This document shows positions 14,871 to 29,338 of a stretch of 64,000 bases of DNA, piece after piece. The stretch is taken from contig OZ024741.1 of the NCBI GenBank assembly GCA_964016885.1, positions 100,750,001 to 100,814,000 on the forward strand. Reading direction: 5' to 3'. The notes under the pieces are model-generated. The model saw nothing but the letters and a program-made list of their open reading frames with translations, was not told the origin of the DNA and did not search any database. The translations under genes and the position numbers were made by a program. Source of the DNA: Eledone cirrhosa (Eukaryota). Position 1 is the first letter of the stretch. Each line of letters starts with the position of its first letter.

Positions 14871-15479
14871 CATTTGTTCCTTGTAAATTTTATTTTCCAG
14901 ACTTGATTTTAAAATATTTATTCATGTATATGTATATAGTGTTATATAACTTCTGCAGTTCTATGACATGCAGATAGTCATCTGAATGGCAGATTATTTT
15001 CCCAGTTATGTCCTACCTTCACTTAACTGTAAACCACCGGTTATGTCCTGCCTTCACTTAACTGTAAACTTCAGCAAGGCACCTTATTTTACATTGCTCC
15101 AGTCAACTTGACTGGTAAACATGAGTTGCACCTTTACATCAAATGGCCAGCCTTGTCATGCTGATTCTCAAGAATTACATTAAGGTGCACATCTCTGTGG
15201 AATGCTCAGTTACACATTAATTTCATGAGCAGGTTGTTACATTGTTTGAACAATTGGAACACTATCATCAGAACCAATGGAGGTTCAACAGAAAATGTAT
15301 AATGTTGTGCTTGTTAGCTACATTGTCTAGGTCTAATAAAGCTAGGGTTGTTACTACTATTTTAGCATGTATGTGTTTTTAAAGTTTTTCTAGAATGAGT
15401 AGGATGATGTAGTTGTGTTCTGGGATGGTGTATGTGACTTTGATCCTTCTCTGTGGAGGTGAATGAACTGGATTCTTAC

Positions 15480-15770
15480 AGCCAATATGGAATTTAGGTG
15501 TTTGAGCACAAGTTCTTTACAAGGCTACCAATCACCTTGTACAAAAGCACAAGACAAACAACTTTTGTCAGGAAACAAATCAACAAATATGTTGACAGGC
15601 AGGAACCACTCCTGGCAATGGTAAAAAGACAAGCTCACTTGGTATGGACATATATCTTGCCATCACTCCCTGTCCAAAACCATTCTCCAGAGCACAATTG
15701 AAGATGGGCAAAGAAAATCCTGGTCCAACAGCATCAAGGACTGCTCATAATAGAGTATAAAAGCCCAGTG
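15480..15770 (+). pseudogene. Decayed RTE-type LINE 3' coding fragment
   Basis: Translation FVRKQINKYVDRQEPLLAMVKRQ followed by a frameshifted WYGH resembles the RTE ORF C-terminal region. Confidence 0.5.
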
Positions 15771-18611
15771 GTGACTTCTGACTGCAAAAATGTCTAAAAT
15801 GGCAGTCCAATGGCTGGCTGCACCAGTTGAGGAAGCATAATTAATTGTAGTGTGGGGGTTAAAATTTGCTGTTGTAACAAACTATGTCCAGGTGGTCTAT
15901 AAACAATTCATAACGATGTTCAGAATGCTGTATTGTGTATGTAGTGTACTGTGGTATGGTTGGGGGATTCATAATGGATTTAATGTGCCATTGTATAGCA
16001 GTTGGTGCTAGGAAGAGTAGCTAGCTGCTGAAACAAAATATACAAGCGGAACCTAGTCTCTTGACCAGTTAGACCTCAGTATGGAATAGCCAGCTAACCT
16101 ATGCAAGCATGATGATGATGATATTATTTCTTCCTGTTAGCAATAAGTGTTTGTGCCTTGTTTGGCTTATATGGGTAATGAGAAGAGAGTTGAATGTCTG
16201 AGTGGAGGTGGTACAAGATTAGCCAGTTCAAAGGAGCAATGACCACAAAAGCTGTGGTTACAAAGCAGAGGAACCAACATACTTTCAGGTCAGAGATTAG
16301 AGAATGTTGGCAAAGAACTTCATGCCCATCAGTCAGGTGTCTTTTGTCTTTGAATGCAGCCTAGGTTGTACACAAGTAAAGCTTTGTACAGTATTTAGGG
16401 ATATGTAGCAAGAAGTTGAAAATCAAAGATTGAAGCAGGAAAGGTGTATCCAGCTTGGTGATTGGTGGGTCAACATTTGAAGTTCATTAATAAGAAATGG
16501 TTCTTCATTGGTTGATTTTCATTTGATAAATGTAAATTGAAGGTATCAGATGGAAAGACTAATTCTCCAGAGTACTTGTAGAGATATCAAGTCAATAGAA
16601 AGAGTAAACTAGTTATAGAACAGCATCAAGGATCTGATACTGCTCTCAGTTAATAAACAGATCAAATGGACTAGTCCAGCTAACTATAAATATGTACTAT
16701 GATGTGCTTTCCCTAAATTAGGGCTTATCTCATCTTTTGATGGAATGGCTTTTCTTGGGCATCTAAATTTGGCAGAGACCATCCTCACTAGGTCTGACAT
16801 CAGCTGAATCTTTCCAGATTGAGAGAGAGCAAGAAGAATTAACTCCAGTACTTTATTGAACTAAAAGTCAAAAGTGAGCTTAGCAAGATTTTAAATCTGG
16901 ATTATATATCTGATGTTCTAAAAACTCTGTTAATGTGCTGCCTTAATTACAGAATGGGAACATCTTACTGCTATATGTTTGCAGTACTGAACTCCTTTTG
17001 TGGGTTTAGCTTGAAGAGAAAAGGATTCTAGTAGGCTGTTTGCATGAACATGAAGTTTCAGTGGGGACCCTATAACACAGGGGTTTCTGACACTATCATT
17101 AATAATAGTTGAAAGACTTTCCTTCTATGTATGGCTAAGTCAGGGAAGAAAAGAGTAAACTGACTACAGGGTTGCTGCACTACGAAACTCAGTATTATAT
17201 CATGTTTGTTCAAATCTGGAACCTGGTCAAAATTCTTGCAATACAGTGGATCCTGTTAAAGACACCCAGTGACCATATGGAAGTGTTAAAATTAGTGACA
17301 TAGCTTATTAGGGATGAAATGTTCCTTGATTATAAGATAAGTAGCCATGTCTGACAGAAGAAAATTTAGCAGTGTTGAGAATAAGAGACTTTGTTAATGA
17401 CATAATGTGTTGTGGAAGGTTCCTTTAATTAAAGAATATATTTATGAATATGGTTGACATCTCTCAATTTCAGAATCTTTGATTTCATTCACAAATCAAA
17501 TCCAAAGCAATGCATTAGAGCTCATAATTATGTATGAGAAATTAGGGTGCAATAAGGATATGTTTTTTTTTCTTTTGAAATGCATTAACATTTGTTTGTG
17601 CCATGAAAAGTAACCAGGCTTTTGTAATCCTAATAAAATTGTTGAAAGTGAGATGTTAGAATATTAGCAATAAAGGAATATAGTGATGTGTCCTTTTTAT
17701 ATTAGATGTGGATTCCTTTGATCATAGGTTTTATTTGTCAGAACTGACCTGGGTCTACACAACAACACACAGAAGATATCTAGCAGCTTTAACAGCAAAA
17801 GGCCTTCCTATGCACCATTCTTACTGTGAATATTAGTCAAGCATTTGCCTTCACCTACCCTCATCACAACACATACACTATACATAAAAAAACAATATAG
17901 TACCGAACCTTGCCCCTCAACTGGAACTCTCAAGGTTGCTATAAATGCTGGGCTTCCCTATCAGAGGGGAATGCACGTCCTCAACATAGCAAAGCCTCAA
18001 CTTCTTCAGTATCAGATAAACATATGTGTAGAATACGTGTTGTGGAGATGATGAATATTTGGAAGGGGATATTATATGGCTGCAGAAAATGCTTTAGACC
18101 AGCGGGTTTACTTCTCTATATAATTTGTGGGAAGGAAAGTTCGATTCAGTGATTTATATTTAATTCTGCATACATCAGACTTTTGTTTCTGGTACTTTAT
18201 GCAGTGGTAAGTTTTGAAATGTTTAGCTTCAGGTCATTGCTGATCAAAAGCATTCCATTCTATTTACAGACATATTGTATCTAGAACTACATTATCTAAG
18301 AAGCCTTTCCTTTGTCTAAGACAGTTCTGTGTGAAGCTTTCTTTCTCTGCATTTCATTTTCAAACACTCACAATAATTTCTGGTATCATCTTAAATACTA
18401 TGTGTAAACAAAAGGGATAAAAGATATCCCTCGTCAATGTTGCTGATGTCTTCTGAGGTTTTCAGTTCCAGTCTCTGGTTCTAGCAACTATTCAAATAGA
18501 ATTCTATGTACAAAGCATACAAAAGACAATGTCAACAAAGTGATAGTTTTTAAAACTCTCAACACTAACAGACACAATGTTACTGAAAGTATTGTTCAAA
18601 CTGATGCTACA

Positions 18612-19873
18612 TCTATATATATATATAAGCAAGTCGGTCTGTCTATCTGTGTACAAATACTAGGCTCCTTTTAACTTTTGAAGTACTAGGCCGATTTCAA
18701 CCAAATTTTGCACACTTATTGCTTATATGCCAGATCAGGTTTTGGACAAAAACAAATTTGAAAAAAAATCGATAATGCCTAAAAAGAGAAAACCTTCAAT
18801 TGGGCGGCAGTCGGCCAAATATCAGACGAAGAAGGCAAGGATTGATCATGAAATAAGTCAGTCAGAAAACATAGCACAAGTTGCTGAGAATGAGGAACGA
18901 CGTTTACGTCACCAAACACGGGATGCCACAGCAACTGCAGCCGCACGAGTTGCTGAGAATGAGGAACGACGTTTACGTCACCAAACACGGGATGCCACAG
19001 CAACTGCAGCAAAACGAGTTGCTGAGAATGGGGTACAACACAAAAATTGTCTGAACAGAAATGCTGCCGCACATCAGCTGTACGAGCTAATGAGAATGAC
19101 GAACAACGCCAAACCAGAGATGCTTCCGCAACTGCAGCCGCACAATCTGTTGTGACCAATGAACAACGTAAAATTCACCTTGCAAGTGGTGCTGCAGCAA
19201 CGGCAGCTGCTCGATATGCAGAGAATGAGCAGCAAGGTGAACTTCTTCAAAACAGAGATGCTGATGCTACTGCTGCAGGACGGATTTTCGAGGCCGCCCC
19301 TAACCAAACTGCCCAGTCAGGGGGTACTGTTCACCGCAGAGCAAATGTACAGGGTATTTCAAGACCTTCCCACTCACGATGGTCATTGAAGGCATTTAAT
19401 TATGACCCATTAGAAAACTATTCAAACCATCCTGATATTGCAATCGGCAGCATGTCCACCACTTGTCAGTTTTGTAGGGCCAAAAAATGGTCAGCAGAAC
19501 CTGCAGCAATGTGCTGCTCCAATGGTAAAGTACACTTGCCCGCTCTTCAGGATCCGCCACAACCATTGCAGCTTCTTCTTACCGGAACTACGTCGGAGTC
19601 ACAAGGCTTTCTTCGTCACATCCGTCAATACAATTGCGCCTTCCAGATGACCTCTTTCAGAGCGCAGCGCATCACAGAGGCTGGATTTATGCCTACTTTC
19701 AAGGTTCAGGGGCAGGTGTACCATCTTATTGGACCACTGCATCCTTTGGAAAATGAGGAACCTCGATTTTTTTTTTACAATTACATTTCAATTCTTGCTC
19801 AACCTTTGGCTCTCTTTATACGGACAAACAGGCTGTCATTCATTTCCCGAGCAACGCCGGGTACATCTGCTAG
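18612..19873 (+). mobile_element. Internally deleted Helitron carrying the N-terminal part of RepHel
   Basis: 5' TC after A (18611/18612); 3' hairpin CCCGAGCAACGCCGGG then CTAG followed by T (19873/19874). Frameshifted ORF with a 69-bp coding repeat, CxxC...CC zinc motif (CQFCRAKKW...MCCSNGKV) and FLRHIRQYNCAFQMTSF...FKVQGQVYHLIG. Confidence 0.92.
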
Positions 19874-20437
19874 TATTGAATAAACAAGTCCCAAATGTGA
19901 TCAAAACTTTGGAAAATCAGAAAAACAGCAGCCCACCTAAAGAAGGAGCCCTATAAGGCAGAGTAGCTGTTGCAGTGGGTGTCACTGGCTGTTCTCTGTG
20001 TCAATGCCTTTGCCATTTTGTCTGCAGGACACTGCTGAGTCTGTCTGTCCCCCACATCCTGTCCCTTCCTTTCATTGTTTCATTTCTTTTCTTCATTTCC
20101 TTATTGCCTTGTATAAATATTTCTGTAAATAAAAATTATGTTCTAAACAAAAACAAAAACCAAAAATTATGAACTCTTTATTGTATTGTAACTTCTTTTA
20201 AAATCATTATTTCAGTTAGTTTTGTCACATCAATCCTTAAACAGCTATCACTAACAAGGTTTCTACAAATGATGGGTTGTCAACTTCTGGTAATCAGCAG
20301 GCCAGTTTCAATATCTTCTATATCATAAAAACTATTACAACACCAGCTTCAGCTGTTTCATTGAGTGCAACACTATCAAAAGCTAATAGACTCTTTATTA
20401 CATAGTCTGTTTTGTTGTTGTATTTTCTTATGACTAA

Positions 20438-21722
20438 CTAGCATTAAAGCCCGGCGTTGCTCGGGGTCATTAAGTTACCAAAGTTAGGTTGCACCACCCA
20501 TTTTATGGCAGCACTTTTTTGTCTGCCAGGCCCTGGGTGAATGAATTGCAGACCTGGAAGCAGGAGCTGCGCCAGCAGTGACAATTGTAGTTTCGCCTAT
20601 GGATATTATCTCTGTGCAAAAAAGTGTTGAAATTTATTGTTTCACAGTACTTGTGCAACACGCGCGCGTAGACGATGCCAGCCGAACAACAGAGCTGTGA
20701 TGGAGTTGTTCTGCATGGTTGTCTGTGTGTTTTCTAAATTTAAGACAGTAGGGAGGGTTGTGATATGAGGGCGAGTTAGCTGTTGTTTCTAGCAGGTTTA
20801 GTGACCTCATAGAGGATATGTGTTTTCTAAATTTAAGACAGTAGGGAGTGGTGTGATATGGAGGAGAGTTAGCTGCTGTTTCTAGCAGGTTTAATGACCT
20901 CATAGAAGATATGTTTTCTAAATTTAAGACAGTAGGGATGGGTGTGATATGGGGGAGAGTTAGTTGCTGTTTCTAGCAGGTTTAGTAACCTCATAGAGGA
21001 TATGTGTTTTCTAAATTTAAGACAGTAGGGAGGGGTGTGATATGGGGGAGAGTTAGCTGCTGTTTCTAGCAGGTTTAGTGACCTCATAGAAGATATGTTT
21101 TTTAAATTTAAGACAGTAGAGAGGGGTGTGGTATGGGGGAGAGTTAGCTGCTGTTTCTAGCAGGTTTAGTGACCTCATAGAGGATATTATTGTTTATCAT
21201 TATCTATAAAAGGCAGATTGTTGTTGTTGTTGTTGAAGTGAGTGTGTGTGTTTGTATGCGTTTGGAAAAGGTTTTAAAAAAGATTTATCGGTTGTTGTTG
21301 AATAAATGTTTCTGTTGCTTTTGAATAATTGTCGTTTCGTATGAAATGTAATAAATGTATCTGTATAAAAGAGAAAGTAGCAAAATGTGTGAGTGGTAGA
21401 TAGAGAAAAGCAGATGATATGAGAGAGTAAAACGGACAGTATCACCATCAAGCTTGGAAAGAGAAAGTAGCAGAAAGTATGAAGTTGTATAGATTTTGAA
21501 TGGTAGTGGAAAGAGTTTAGCAGTTTAAATGACAGAGAAAAATCGTAAAATATTGAGTTTTATCTATTTTTTGCGTAATTGTGGGTGAAATTGAAAAAAA
21601 TGAGATGTGCCAAGACGCAATCGAAACTATTTCGAATACTGAATTGTAAATTTCAATTGAAGAAATTCTATATCGTAGATTTCTATAAGAAAGGAGCATG
21701 ACCACACACTGAGCTTTATAGA
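20438..21722 (-). mobile_element. Non-autonomous Helitron, copy 1, with five ~92-bp internal tandem units
   Basis: Minus strand begins TCTATAAAG and ends CCCCGAGCAACGCCGGGCTTTAATGCTAG; tandem units at ~20728-21187. Confidence 0.88.
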
Positions 21723-21725
21723 TTA

Positions 21726-22978
21726 CTAGCATTAAAGCCCGGCGTTGCTCGGGGTCATTAAGTTACCAAAGTTAGGTTGCACCACCCATTTTATGGCAGC
21801 ACTTTTTTGTCTGCCAGGCACTGGGTGAATGAATTGCAGACTTGGAAGCAGGAGCTGCGCCAGCAGTGACAATTGTAGTTTCGCCTATGGATATTATCTG
21901 TGCAAAAAGGTGTTGAAATTTATTGTTTCACAGTACTTGCACAACACGTGCGTAGACGATGCCAGCCGAACAACAGAGCTGCGATGGAGTTGTTCTGCAT
22001 GGTTGTCTGTGTTTTCTAAATTTAAGACAGTAGGGAGGGTTGTGATATGAGGGCGAGTTAGCTGTTGTTTCTAGCAGGTTTAGTGACCTCATAGAGGATA
22101 TGTGTTTTCTAAATTTAAGACAGTAGGGAGTGGTGTGATATGGGGGAGAGTTAGCTGCTGTTTCTAGCAGGTTTAGTGACCTCATAGATATGTTTTCTAA
22201 ATTTAAGACAGTAGGGAGGGGTGTGATATGGGGGAGAGTTAGCTGCTGTTTCTAGCAGGTTTAGTAACCTCATAGAAGATATGTTTTCTAAATTTAAGAC
22301 AGTAGGGAGGGGTGTGGTATGGGGGAGAGTTAGCTGCTGTTTCTAGCAGGTTTAGTGACCTCATAGAGGATATTATTGTTTATCATTATCTATAAAAGGC
22401 AGATTGTTATTGTTGTTGTTGAAGTGAGTGTGTGTTTGTATGCGTTTGGAAAAGAGGTTTTAAAAAAGATTTATCGCTTGTTGTTGAATAAATGTATCTG
22501 TTGCTTTTGAATAATTGTCGTTTCGTATGAAATGTAATAATTGTTTCTACTTTTTTGGCACAAGGCCAGCAATTACCCAGTACATTACTGGTACTTTATG
22601 TAATAATAAACGTTCTCTGTCTCTCTCCCTCTCACTCTCTTCTCTCTCTCTCTTCGGCAATCACGCACGTTGTCAGATGATATGAGAGAGTAAAACGGAC
22701 ACCATTAAGCTTGGAAAGAGAAAGTAGCAGAAAGTATGAAGTTGTATAGATTTTGAATGGTAGTGGAAAGAGTTTAGCATTTTAAATGACAGAGGAAAAT
22801 CGTAAAATATTGAGTTTTATCTATTTTTTGCGTAATTGTGGGTGAAATTGAAAAAATTAGATGAGCCAAGACGCAATCGATGCTATTTCGAATACTGAAT
22901 TGTAAATTTCAATTGAAGAAATTCTATATCGTAGATTTCTATAAGAAAGGAGCATGACCACACACTGAGCTTTATAGA
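21726..22978 (-). mobile_element. Non-autonomous Helitron, copy 2 (head-to-tail), with four internal units and a SINE fragment
   Basis: Near-identical to copy 1 and separated from it by 3 bp; units at ~22010-22373; SINE piece at ~22540-22600. Confidence 0.88.
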
Positions 22979-25600
22979 TTATGATGATACAGTGGAGCCA
23001 TCCTTGTCATACTACCTCCAATAAAGACAATAAAACTACTTTGTGAAGATTCATCTTCCAAACTCACATAAGTGGCAGATCTTGTTCAGGTTTGGAGATA
23101 TACGAGTGTTGGCTGAAAAAAAACCGAAGTTTGACTATGCAGGAGTGATGCTAGTGCTGTGAAATCTTACATGCATTAATTTCAACTCTTCTTATTAATA
23201 ACTGCATTGTTTCTTTCCAGGAACTATGTTGAAAAATAAACCTCATTTGGTCATTCCATGAGAGTATGTTGGTCTGCCTATGAACTTTTCAGCTGACCTT
23301 CATATTATCAAGTGAGGATATATTAGCTGTGAAGCACTTCATTAAACACTGATTATTCTGATTAAGGATTCTCATAGAATAATTTTTTACTTTAGGCACA
23401 AGGCCAGCAATTTGAAGGGGAGGGGAAAGTCGATTAAATCGACCCCAGTGCATTACTGGTGCTTTATTTATCGAATCTGTAAAGATGAAAGGCAAAGCTA
23501 ACTTTGGCGGGATTTTAACTCAGAATGTAAAGGGCTGTAACTCTATGCTGCAAAGCATGGTGTCCGACGCTCTACCAACACTGCTAAAGAACTGATTGGC
23601 ATGGCAGCATAAGACCTTACTTGTGCTCATACAATTGTTAGAGAAAGCCTGATTAGAAGTGTGATTGAAATATATTACTGGACTTTAAAAATTATCGTGT
23701 TCGGATTTTATGTAGATATGTAAAACTGAAAACTACGACCAGCTAGTACAGTAAAATATTCTCTTGTCTGCATTTCACAATATTTACTCATTGTCAAACA
23801 ATCACTAGTCAGTGAATTGGCAGAGTTGGTAGAATGTTGGAAACAATGCTTTCTGGTATTCGTTCAGGTTGTTTGCGCTCTGAGTTCTAATCCCATCTCA
23901 CTGAAGTCAACTTTACCTTACATCCTTTCGAGGTCTATAAAAAAATAGTCCAGTGCTGGAATCAATTCTTCCTCACTTCCTATTTATTATTCGCTTTCCT
24001 TCTCTGGAAGAAATTGGCTGCTTTCAAACCTGGAGAGGAATGGGCTCCGCCAGGTTTAAAATGCCAGGGAAAAAAAAAAAAAAAAAAAAAAAAAAACGTT
24101 GTATATCAACAACTGCGCCCCTGCAACACAAGGTCCGTACATACAAATAAACAATACGATTCTAGGCGTCATTTTGAATACTGTGTAAACAAATGAGAGG
24201 TAAATCACAATTCAACATGTAGATAGAGAGTGATTTGAGGAAACTTTGGGTATATTTCGAGCAAAGTTAACGCATAATGAACTCACTTAATCGTTCGGAA
24301 CACCTTTTGTTTTTTATTTATTAGCGGAGAAACGATTTTAAGGGAGAGCATTCTGTAAAACAACCACGTAACTAAGAGTTATTTCCCATGTTAATTATGG
24401 GATTGTTTAAGGACCCTGCCTCACGACCCTTTCAAGAAGAAGAAGAAGAAGAAGAAGAAGAAGAATTATCCAGTCTAAAGATAGTATAAGAGTCGGTAAT
24501 TTATTTATTTATTTATTGGATACATGAATTGAGTTGCGAGTTAGTTTTTGAAAGAAATGTAACAATATAATAATTTCAAATGATTAGAAACACAAACAAT
24601 ACATATAAAGAATTAAAACGAAGTGTTTTAATTCTTTATACGCATTGCTTGGACTTCTAATCATTTCAATTTATTTATTCAATGCCAACTATAATACATT
24701 ACCTGTCCGATATTATATTTCATAACCAGAGGTTGTCTTCAACGGGTAATTGACCTCTCAAGGTAGTAAATAATTATAGTTTTGAAGTCTACACCTCATC
24801 GAAAGGTCCAAGTGAATCAAATTGGCTGTGTATACTTACTTGTAGAAACAGAATGAATTAGTCTGTGGCATAGAGCATACTAAGTTGGATGAGTGTGTGT
24901 CTGTGAAGCATATACATATATTTGTCTGAACACAAAAGAACCAAATTCCCAGTGTCACTACCTCCGTCTCACCTGCTCTCTCCATCTCTCATTATTATGA
25001 GCAAACTGGGCCCCGGCGGACAGAATAAAGAAGACGTTTCCTCAGAGGATAGTGAGGGAGACGTGCCAGAAAAGCTATTCCAGCTCACGTAGCTCACACC
25101 TACGGGTAGCCAACTCTGTCCCGATGGCAGTGAGCAGGAAGGTGGTCCTAGGGCCAAGGACACCAGAAGTCTCCACTGCCACAGATACAACCGCAATCCT
25201 GTTGGAGAGCAAATGATATTTGTGACCGAAAGAATACGATCAGGAATACAAGTGTCCGATAGCAGACTGTTATATAAACACATGGAGGAAGATTTAAACT
25301 TGAACAGACTGGAATAGAATGAAACAGAATGTTGCAGCTTCTGATAAAGAGTGGGTACGAAAACAAACTAAGGGAGAATTGAACAGAATATAGAATACTC
25401 AGGTGGAAAGGAGTAGACTGTGACTGAGCAAATTTAAGTTAACCCTTATGATGTGCAGCTGATTATTGCACTTGGTGGTGAGTTGATGGTCGTTTTTGTT
25501 TTGCTTCCCCACTTTATATTTGTGTTTACATTATATGTAATGTTCTTCTGAACGAACTGCGAACAATTTGTTATTTATGCATTTGTAATGTTATTTATAC

Positions 25601-25781
25601 GGTGGATTGGCCGTATCGGCAGAGGGTCGGACGCCATGCTTTCCAGCATAGTTACGTCCCTTTACAATCTGAGTTCATATCCCGCCAAGGTTGACTTTGC
25701 CTTTCATCCTTACAGGGTCGATAAAATAAAGTACCAGTAATGCACTGGGTAATTGCTGGCCTTGTGCCTAAAGTAGAAACA
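25601..25781 (+). mobile_element. SINE family 2 (further copies at ~23385-23585, 31425-31520, 32005-32225, 33030-33225, 44245-44347)
   Basis: Shared GAGTTC...GACTTTGCCTTTCATCC...GGTCGATAAAATAAAGTACCAG...GCTGGCCTTGTGCC body in many copies on both strands. Confidence 0.8.
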
Positions 25782-25934
25782 GTTATTTATACAACTGTGA
25801 ATAAAATTTCTACTAAGATTAAGTGTGGTAGACTGGTGATTTGATAAGGGTTGTAAGATCAATTACTACTTTTTTTGTGTGTGGGTACACATCAATTTAT
25901 AATATACACACAAAATAAAATTTAATTTATGTTT

Positions 25935-26253
25935 ATCATCATCATCATCATCATTTTACATCCGCTTTTTCCCTGCTTGCAAGGGTGGGACGGGAACTGG
26001 TTCTGGCTTGATTTACAGTGAGTGATTTACAGTGAGTGCTGGGTGCTTTTTTGCTGTGGTACCTCCACGACCACTTTGCAGTGGAATGATAGGGACCCCA
26101 GTCCCGATCATCTCATTTCTACAGCTGAGTAAACTGGAGCAATGTGAAATAAAGTGTCTTGCTTAAGGAAACAACACATCACCCGATCTGAGAATTGAAC
26201 TCACAGCCTTTCGATTGCAAAGCCAATGCTCTAACCACTAAGCCATGTGCCTC
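25935..26253 (-). mobile_element. SINE family 1
   Basis: Reverse complement of the 53811-54153 element, with (CAT)n tail. Confidence 0.85.
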
Positions 26254-27249
26254 TATATCTTCTCTATTGTAGCAATGATATATAATCATTGCCTTTTTAC
26301 AATTATGTGGTCCATGTTGCATTAAACAGATGAGGTATATCTCTTAAGATAGGAAAGCCAGTCTATTGTATTAGATAACTTTATCTAGAGGACAGAAGTA
26401 ATTGAAATAATTACAGCAAACCACTGAGTAACTCAATTTATAAAATGTAGCTATTGCTTATGACCAGAGTTACACACTTCTGTAGAAATATGCATGCACA
26501 CATAGTCCTGTAACTGTTGAGGGTGTTGTAGGGGTGATATATTGACATACACTGTTTCTAGGGCTTTTTTAAACCTGGCAGAGCTCATCTCCTCTCTAAG
26601 TCTGAATACAGCAGATTTCTTCCAGAGAGGGATAGAGAGTGGAAGTGAGAAAATGATACAGAGGAAGAATCGACCCTAGTACTTGACTTGTACTTTTTTT
26701 TTATCGACCTCAAATGGATGAAAGGCAAAGTTGACTTCAGTGAGCAGAGAGCTGAAATACGGAAAAGCATTCTATCCAACGTTATAACAACAATTTGCCA
26801 TCTAGAAATATAGTTGGACTCAAAAATTGAGTATGCTATCTGAGCCATCGAGTGAATGGAAATATCTTGACTCCATGTTGAATTTGAACTATTCAAAGAT
26901 GCCTATGTGATTTGGGATATAATCTGGAAACGCCTTTTCAGCGTTTATGGAATAGTCTAAACTTTGAGTTACCTGATGGTTTACCATTATTGGGAGCCAT
27001 TATCTTTTTTTTTTTCAGGTTTTTTTCTTTATCATTACACTTATACTTTAAATTTTCCTTTTTCTGTCTAAACCCATATGATGCTTGCTGTGCAAGTTCT
27101 CTAACTCTAGGTCCCCCAAACAATATACTGCAACCGTTCCATTCTCTAAATCATCAGACATCCAGGTTTTCCTCAACTTGATGAGACCATCTGAAGGCAC
27201 AAGGACTACATGCAGCTTCAGGCCAAAATCAGCAACTAACTCTCTTTCT

Positions 27250-27910
27250 CAGGATTTTCAGACATCATTAATCAAGTGATGTCTGAAAATATCTGGCCCT
27301 CGCAATTTGGATTTATCCCTAACTCCAGCTGCTGTGATCAACTCACTAAGTTTCTTGAAGACATTACCGAAATCACTGATTGCAACTCATGGGTGGATGT
27401 TATTTATCTTGACTTTGCCAAAGCTTTTAATTCTGTGCCACACAAAACTCTCTGCAATGGGTGTGAGAGATGATCTTTATCATTGGTTGAAGTCCTTCCT
27501 TCTCAGTCGAAAAGAGGTAGTCATGGTTCTAGGACAGCATTCTTCACACTATGAGATGAGATGTGGTATACCACAGGGATCTGTTCTTGGTCCCCTTTTG
27601 TTTGTTGCATATATTAATGACATAGATGCCAACTTAAAGAATGCCACAGTGCTGAAATATGCAGATGACATCAAGCTGTACCTTAAGATAAAAAGTACAG
27701 ATCCTGAACACTATAGATCTTTCCTGCAATCAGACCTGGACAATGCAGCAATGGATTACGGACTGGCAACTCAAACTGGCTGTGAACAAGTGTTCTACTA
27801 TACATTCCCAGCATTCACATACTCCACAACACCAACCTCAAGAAGTCTTCTTGTGAACGTGACCAGGGCATTATTGTCAACAAAAGCACATCTCTAAAAT
27901 TGTCAAGAAG
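27250..27910 (+). pseudogene. CR1/L2-group LINE reverse transcriptase fragment (frameshifted)
   Basis: SQFGFIPNSSC...VDVIYLDFAKAFNSVPH, GIPQGSVLGPLLFVAYINDI and YADDIKLY motifs. Confidence 0.9.
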
Positions 27911-28259
27911 GCATGTGCATATCATGACTCTTACACTGTTCACTTTCCTGACATTTGTACATTATTCTATGTACTATACATGCACTTTTGATGACTTGTA
28001 GTGCACCTGAGCACTGTACACAATAATTTTCATTATTATATTATATGACCCCCTTTTCCAATTTAGGCATGTACCAGCTCCTTCTCAGTGTGTTTTCTTA
28101 CACTTTCACCCTTTCCAAAAGTCACAGCAACTGTTCTCTCCCCAACCTTATGTCCCCTATCTCTCTCCATCAAATAGCTACATGCAATTTGAAGCCATCC
28201 AGTAAAAACCATCTGCCACAAACCTAGAATAGTTCCCATTGATTTTCAGATCTGGAATT

Positions 28260-28570
28260 TCTTTTTCTCTCTGAAATACCTTGTTTCTTCAGCCTGAGCT
28301 CCTCATTTCATTGATTTTGGTGGTTTTGCAGTTACTCTCAAACTTTCCAAATGACTCTGCTGCCAACATCACTGTTTTATCTACCAAAATATTATCTATG
28401 TAAGAGTTGGTGTCCTCTTTCACTCTCCCCTTTTTGCCATGATCTTTGGATATAGTTTTTAGTCTGAAACCCAGCCTAGTCAAACAGTACAACCTACCCT
28501 TATATTTCACCAGCTCATATTTCAACAAATTCTCAACCACACAGAGTTGTAGATAAAGTGGTGTAAAATT
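28260..28570 (-). pseudogene. LTR-retrotransposon-like RT fragment
   Basis: VKYKGRLYCLTRLGFRL...SYIDNILVD resembles the gypsy-type RT (R-LPFGL...YIDDIL) region. Confidence 0.6.
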
Positions 28571-29338
28571 AACGATTGTTGAAGCTCCAGTCATTTGTCT
28601 CCACTCTCGCAATGTCTCTCTCTATATTCACCTCTTACCTCACTGCCTGTGGGTGACAGCACAATTATTTAACTGGTTGAACTTCATTTTTCACTGACTT
28701 AACTACTGCCCTTAATAGTAACTCTTTCTTCAATCCAACTGTCCACTTTTCTCTCATGCCTGGCTCTTACTTTTCCTACCACTGTGATTCAGAAAAAAGG
28801 CATATATGGATCCATATACAATATGTTTATTGTGCTATTTTCTAATTAATTCTAGCCAGTCAAGCTTGCACTATATGTAAATAAGCTTTCACCAAAATAT
28901 ATATATAATCTATGGTGCTATTAAGTTAGACATGACCTGGGCCAATACTGACTGAAATCTATCAAAGTTAAAACATTTCCATGCCTCAGTGTACTGGAGT
29001 ACGTAAGCATTGTTGATGATAAATATATGGATACTGAGGTAGCTGTAATAGAGTAACAGTTTAAAATACTCACTATATGTATGTTGATTATACATAATCA
29101 CATTGTTTTCGGGTCCATATATGCCTTTATATTTATATCATCGTTATCACTGTTTAATGTCCATTTTACTATGGTTGCATGGATCAGACAGGTTGCCTGC
29201 ATCAAGAGACAAGTCTGGCCAGGATTAGCCATGCTGTATCTTGCTCTGTCGGAACTGTAAATTTGGCCAGGGTTTTTACAGCGGGATGCCTTCCTAACAC
29301 CAACCACATTTACATTATATACATATATATATATATAT

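Noticed and set aside
20728-22373. ~92-bp repeats as a possible CRISPR array
   Set aside because: Contiguous tandem units with no unique spacers, inside Helitrons in eukaryotic DNA.
24960-25400. GC-richer segment with two minus-strand ORFs
   Set aside because: No recognisable motif or splice structure; possibly a TE remnant but unsupported.
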